Below, piece by piece: positions 61,537 to 64,000 of a DNA stretch of 64,000 nucleotides (position 1 is the stretch's first letter; each line of letters opens with the position of its first letter). Location of the stretch: positions 214,418 to 278,417 of IMG/VR virus record IMGVR_UViG_3300009784_000001, one strand, 5' to 3'. Position numbers and translations under genes: made by a program. Under the pieces are notes generated by a model. It saw only the letters and a list, made by a program, of their open reading frames with translations. It had not been told where the DNA came from and did no database searches. The DNA comes from a virus. Lineage: Duplodnaviria; Heunggongvirae; Uroviricota; Caudoviricetes.

Positions 61537-61832
61537 AAATCATTTTCTTGAATAACATAATATTTTATTTTTTTTAAGGTAAGGAAAGGCATATCATCAA
61601 TTCTGACCCATGCTTTTTGTGTTGGTATTGCAACATTATAGGGATTATTATTGTTTAATAATTGAATTTTATACCAGTGTCCTCCAATATATCTTCTCCA
61701 TATTTTAAAATTTGAAAAGAAAAAATCAATGGGATGTTTTTCACCATCTATTTTTAATTTATAATAAACTCCTATAAAAGAAATAAGTATATATATTGCA
61801 ATTAATAATAAAGTTAATGTAGTTCTGCTCAT
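61533..61832 (-). CDS. Small membrane protein (early)
   Basis: N-terminal TM helix. Own host-type promoter at 61861-61892. Confidence 0.7.
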   Translation of the reverse strand: MSRTTLTLLLIAIYILISFIGVYYKLKIDGEKHPIDFFFSNFKIWRRYIGGHWYKIQLLNNNNPYNVAIPTQKAWVRIDDMPFLTLKKIKYYVIQENDF

Positions 61833-61860
61833 ATAAAAAATAATTTAAAATATTTATTTA

Positions 61861-61892
61861 CAAAGGTACAAAATAATTTTTTAATTAACAAA
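61861..61892 (-). promoter_or_regulatory. Bacteroidota sigma-A type promoter
   Basis: - strand TTTG (61892-61889), N20, TACCTTTG (61868-61861). Confidence 0.75.
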
Positions 61893-61893
61893 A

Positions 61894-62616
61894 ATGTCAT
61901 TAGCACAAAATGATATAATTCAATTAACATTGAATCAAGAAGGTGGTTATGGAATTGATAACAATGGCGCACAAGTATATAAAGGTATAAATCAGGCTTA
62001 TAATAAAGACTGGGATGGCTGGGCAATTATCAATAGATTAGTTTCTTCTCTTGGAGGTTCTGGAGCAGCTAGAAAAGCAACCTCCCAAAAACCCTATAGT
62101 TTTGGAAATACAGATTTAGATTCTTCACTTATTTCAAGAGTTATAAAAAATTATTGGAATGGGCATAACTTTGAAAGTTATACAGATGGAAAAGTTACTG
62201 CACAACTTTTTGATCATTTATATAATGCAGGTCCTGGAGGGCTAAATTCATTATTAATGAATTCTTTTAATGCAACTCAATCAACAGCACCAGGTATTAT
62301 TAATGCTGATTCTCAAGCTGTTCAAAAAGTAATTGAAGCAAGAAAAGCGTTTTATTCTAAATGTACTTGGCACACAGATGATTTAAAGAAGAGAGAAAAT
62401 TATACAAAAGGAGCTTATAGAAGAGTAGACGATATTGCTTCATCAACTGGTTCCCAGCAGTTTAGTGGTCAAGTAGCAAATGTTAATAATCTTCAAAATA
62501 ATGGGGGAGCAGCTATGCAACAACAATTATTATCTTCTCCATTTGACCAGATGGATAATATTTATTTTAGAGAAAGAGGAAAAATTACTACAACATCTTC
62601 TTTACCTATTATTTAA
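61894..62616 (+). CDS. Glycoside hydrolase family 108-like lysozyme (endolysin or virion-associated)
   Basis: EGGY, YKGI, YW, LFD..YNAG, R..FY...KG..RR. Confidence 0.75.
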   Translation: MSLAQNDIIQLTLNQEGGYGIDNNGAQVYKGINQAYNKDWDGWAIINRLVSSLGGSGAARKATSQKPYSFGNTDLDSSLISRVIKNYWNGHNFESYTDGKVTAQLFDHLYNAGPGGLNSLLMNSFNATQSTAPGIINADSQAVQKVIEARKAFYSKCTWHTDDLKKRENYTKGAYRRVDDIASSTGSQQFSGQVANVNNLQNNGGAAMQQQLLSSPFDQMDNIYFRERGKITTTSSLPII

Positions 62617-62617
62617 A

Positions 62618-63589
62618 TTATAAAGTTAATAATTTAAATTCAGGTATTTTGTATGAACTATGTAATAATTCTGCAATTCCTTTATTTCCTTGTTTTTTAA
62701 ATATACTTGAAGGATCTTCCTTTGAATTATAATTTACAATTTTAATTTTTCCTTTTAGTTTATTACAATTCAAATTTTTATATATTTTTAACCAATCATT
62801 AAATGCTTCACCATCTCCAAGTAAAGTGATACTATTAGCTTTTTCCATTAATTGATGAAATAGATAAAAAGTTTTGTCAAGCTCTTTTCCAAGAATTGGA
62901 ATTGAATTAGGAACCACTATATGATCAAATGTACCTTCTAATAATCTTATATCTCCGTCCCAGTTAATTAAATATTCATTAAATATAATATCTTTTTTAT
63001 TTTTATCTGGATTTAGATATTTTGTTTGATAATTATTTTCTTTATATAACCTACCTACCCAGTAATTTAATTGATTAAATCTGTCATAACTAGGAATTAT
63101 TATTCTAAATCTCATCTTCCAATCATTACAATCAAATTGTGTACAGTAAATATTATATTTTTTTATTATTTCATCAGTTAGCCCTCGTTCTTCAAATAGA
63201 TATTCACAGGCTTTTTTATGTTTATAATTTTTAACATTTACTTTTTGACAACATGTAGGTAATTCAAATAGATTTTCTCCAACACTTAAATCTTCAAGAT
63301 TTTCATTTTTATCTAAAATATATAATCTACTTGTTCGGATATTATCAATTTCTTTTTTATATTCTTCAAATATTGTTTGATCTCCATATCTTTTTATAAG
63401 AGTAGATAATTTTCCACTATTATCTTGGCATGACCAACATTTAAATATGCCTTTTTTAAAATTACATTCAAGATTAAATTTACCATCATCACATTCTGGG
63501 CAATCAAACTGACATTGTGAATTTTCATTAATGCCTCTTTTGCTTTCACCTAAAAATGATTCAAATATGTATAATAGTTTATCCCACAT
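62618..63589 (-). CDS. dnaG: DNA primase (Zn finger plus TOPRIM)
   Basis: CPEC...CWSC, YL..RG, RIIIP, GR, KYLNP, EGTFD. Confidence 0.88.
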   Translation of the reverse strand: MWDKLLYIFESFLGESKRGINENSQCQFDCPECDDGKFNLECNFKKGIFKCWSCQDNSGKLSTLIKRYGDQTIFEEYKKEIDNIRTSRLYILDKNENLEDLSVGENLFELPTCCQKVNVKNYKHKKACEYLFEERGLTDEIIKKYNIYCTQFDCNDWKMRFRIIIPSYDRFNQLNYWVGRLYKENNYQTKYLNPDKNKKDIIFNEYLINWDGDIRLLEGTFDHIVVPNSIPILGKELDKTFYLFHQLMEKANSITLLGDGEAFNDWLKIYKNLNCNKLKGKIKIVNYNSKEDPSSIFKKQGNKGIAELLHSSYKIPEFKLLTL

Positions 63590-63624
63590 AATAGGGCAAA
63601 GATACTATTATTTTCTTAATCTAC

Positions 63625-64000
63625 CTAATCTATTTCATTTTCCCATTTTACTATATGCTTCCAATTATCTTGTCCTCCAAAAGAAGTTACATATTCAATA
63701 TAATTTTCTTCTTCTGAACAACAAACAATTTGTAATTTTTCTGAATTATAGTATTTTTTATTCAAATATCCTAAAATACAACAAAGCGAATCACTTCCAT
63801 CAAAATTTGATTTTACTAATTCTCCTTTTTTATCAAATAACCAATCAATGTTAGGGAACTGTTCACTTATTTTATTCAATATTACTTGTTTTTTTTCTAT
63901 CTGAAATGGATAACTACCAAATAGAACCACTTTATCATTCTTGATTGCTTTTTTTATTTCTTTTGCATCTCTTTTTTCATTTTTTTTGTTATAAACATGT
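63625..64000 (-). CDS. Probable RuvC-like Holliday junction resolvase, C-terminal part (5' end outside the window)
   Basis: The frame is open from 63625 to the window end. KK-VI...W...NFDGSDS resembles the RuvC D-x-x-D motif. Adjacent to the primase. Confidence 0.5.
   Translation of the reverse strand, partial: HVYNKKNEKRDAKEIKKAIKNDKVVLFGSYPFQIEKKQVILNKISEQFPNIDWLFDKKGELVKSNFDGSDSLCCILGYLNKKYYNSEKLQIVCCSEEENYIEYVTSFGGQDNWKHIVKWENEID

Noticed and set aside
235-63854. Short shadow ORFs antisense to or inside real genes (e.g. 235-435, 1830-2126, 4308-4541, 16841-18231, 26401-26736, 28296-28484, 61829-62026, 63531-63854)
   Set aside because: They overlap well-supported genes and have the composition expected from reading AT-rich codons on the other strand or frame.
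1-64000. Stop-codon reassignment (TAG or TGA recoding seen in some Bacteroidota phages)
   Set aside because: Long conserved genes are intact in code 11, coding density is high, and TGA and TAG end plausible genes.

Overview
This is a very AT-rich, gene-dense segment of a large tailed (jumbo-type myovirus) phage genome read in the standard code. The host is probably a member of the Bacteroidota: canonical TTTG-N19/20-TAnnTTTG promoters precede the accessory genes and Shine-Dalgarno sites are essentially absent. The + strand carries contractile-tail and baseplate genes: a fibre-like protein, the sheath, an assembly chaperone with a probable frameshift, the tape measure, a tube-initiator-like protein, a LysM/gp53-like protein, a hub with an M15 peptidase, gp25- and gp6-like wedge proteins, further large baseplate proteins and a GH108 lysozyme. 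It also carries a T4-like replication/recombination block (gp32-like SSB, thymidine kinase, RecA/UvsX, 5'-3' exonuclease, DnaB-like helicase), with the primase and a truncated RuvC-like gene on the - strand at the right end. Small - strand cassettes under host-type promoters, and five free-standing endonuclease genes, are interspersed. The most notable unexplained structures are: (1) an ~800 bp ORF-poor, promoter-led, hairpin- and repeat-rich region before the SSB gene, a candidate large ncRNA plus a pair of mutually complementary repeat units; (2) two short protein modules inserted in-frame into several unrelated tail proteins, with DNA evidence of recent copying; (3) Zn-repeat-array nucleases with hypervariable residues; (4) overlapping face-to-face early/late promoters; (5) orphan promoter-terminator small-RNA units. 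All calls come from motif recognition by eye, and no searches were run.
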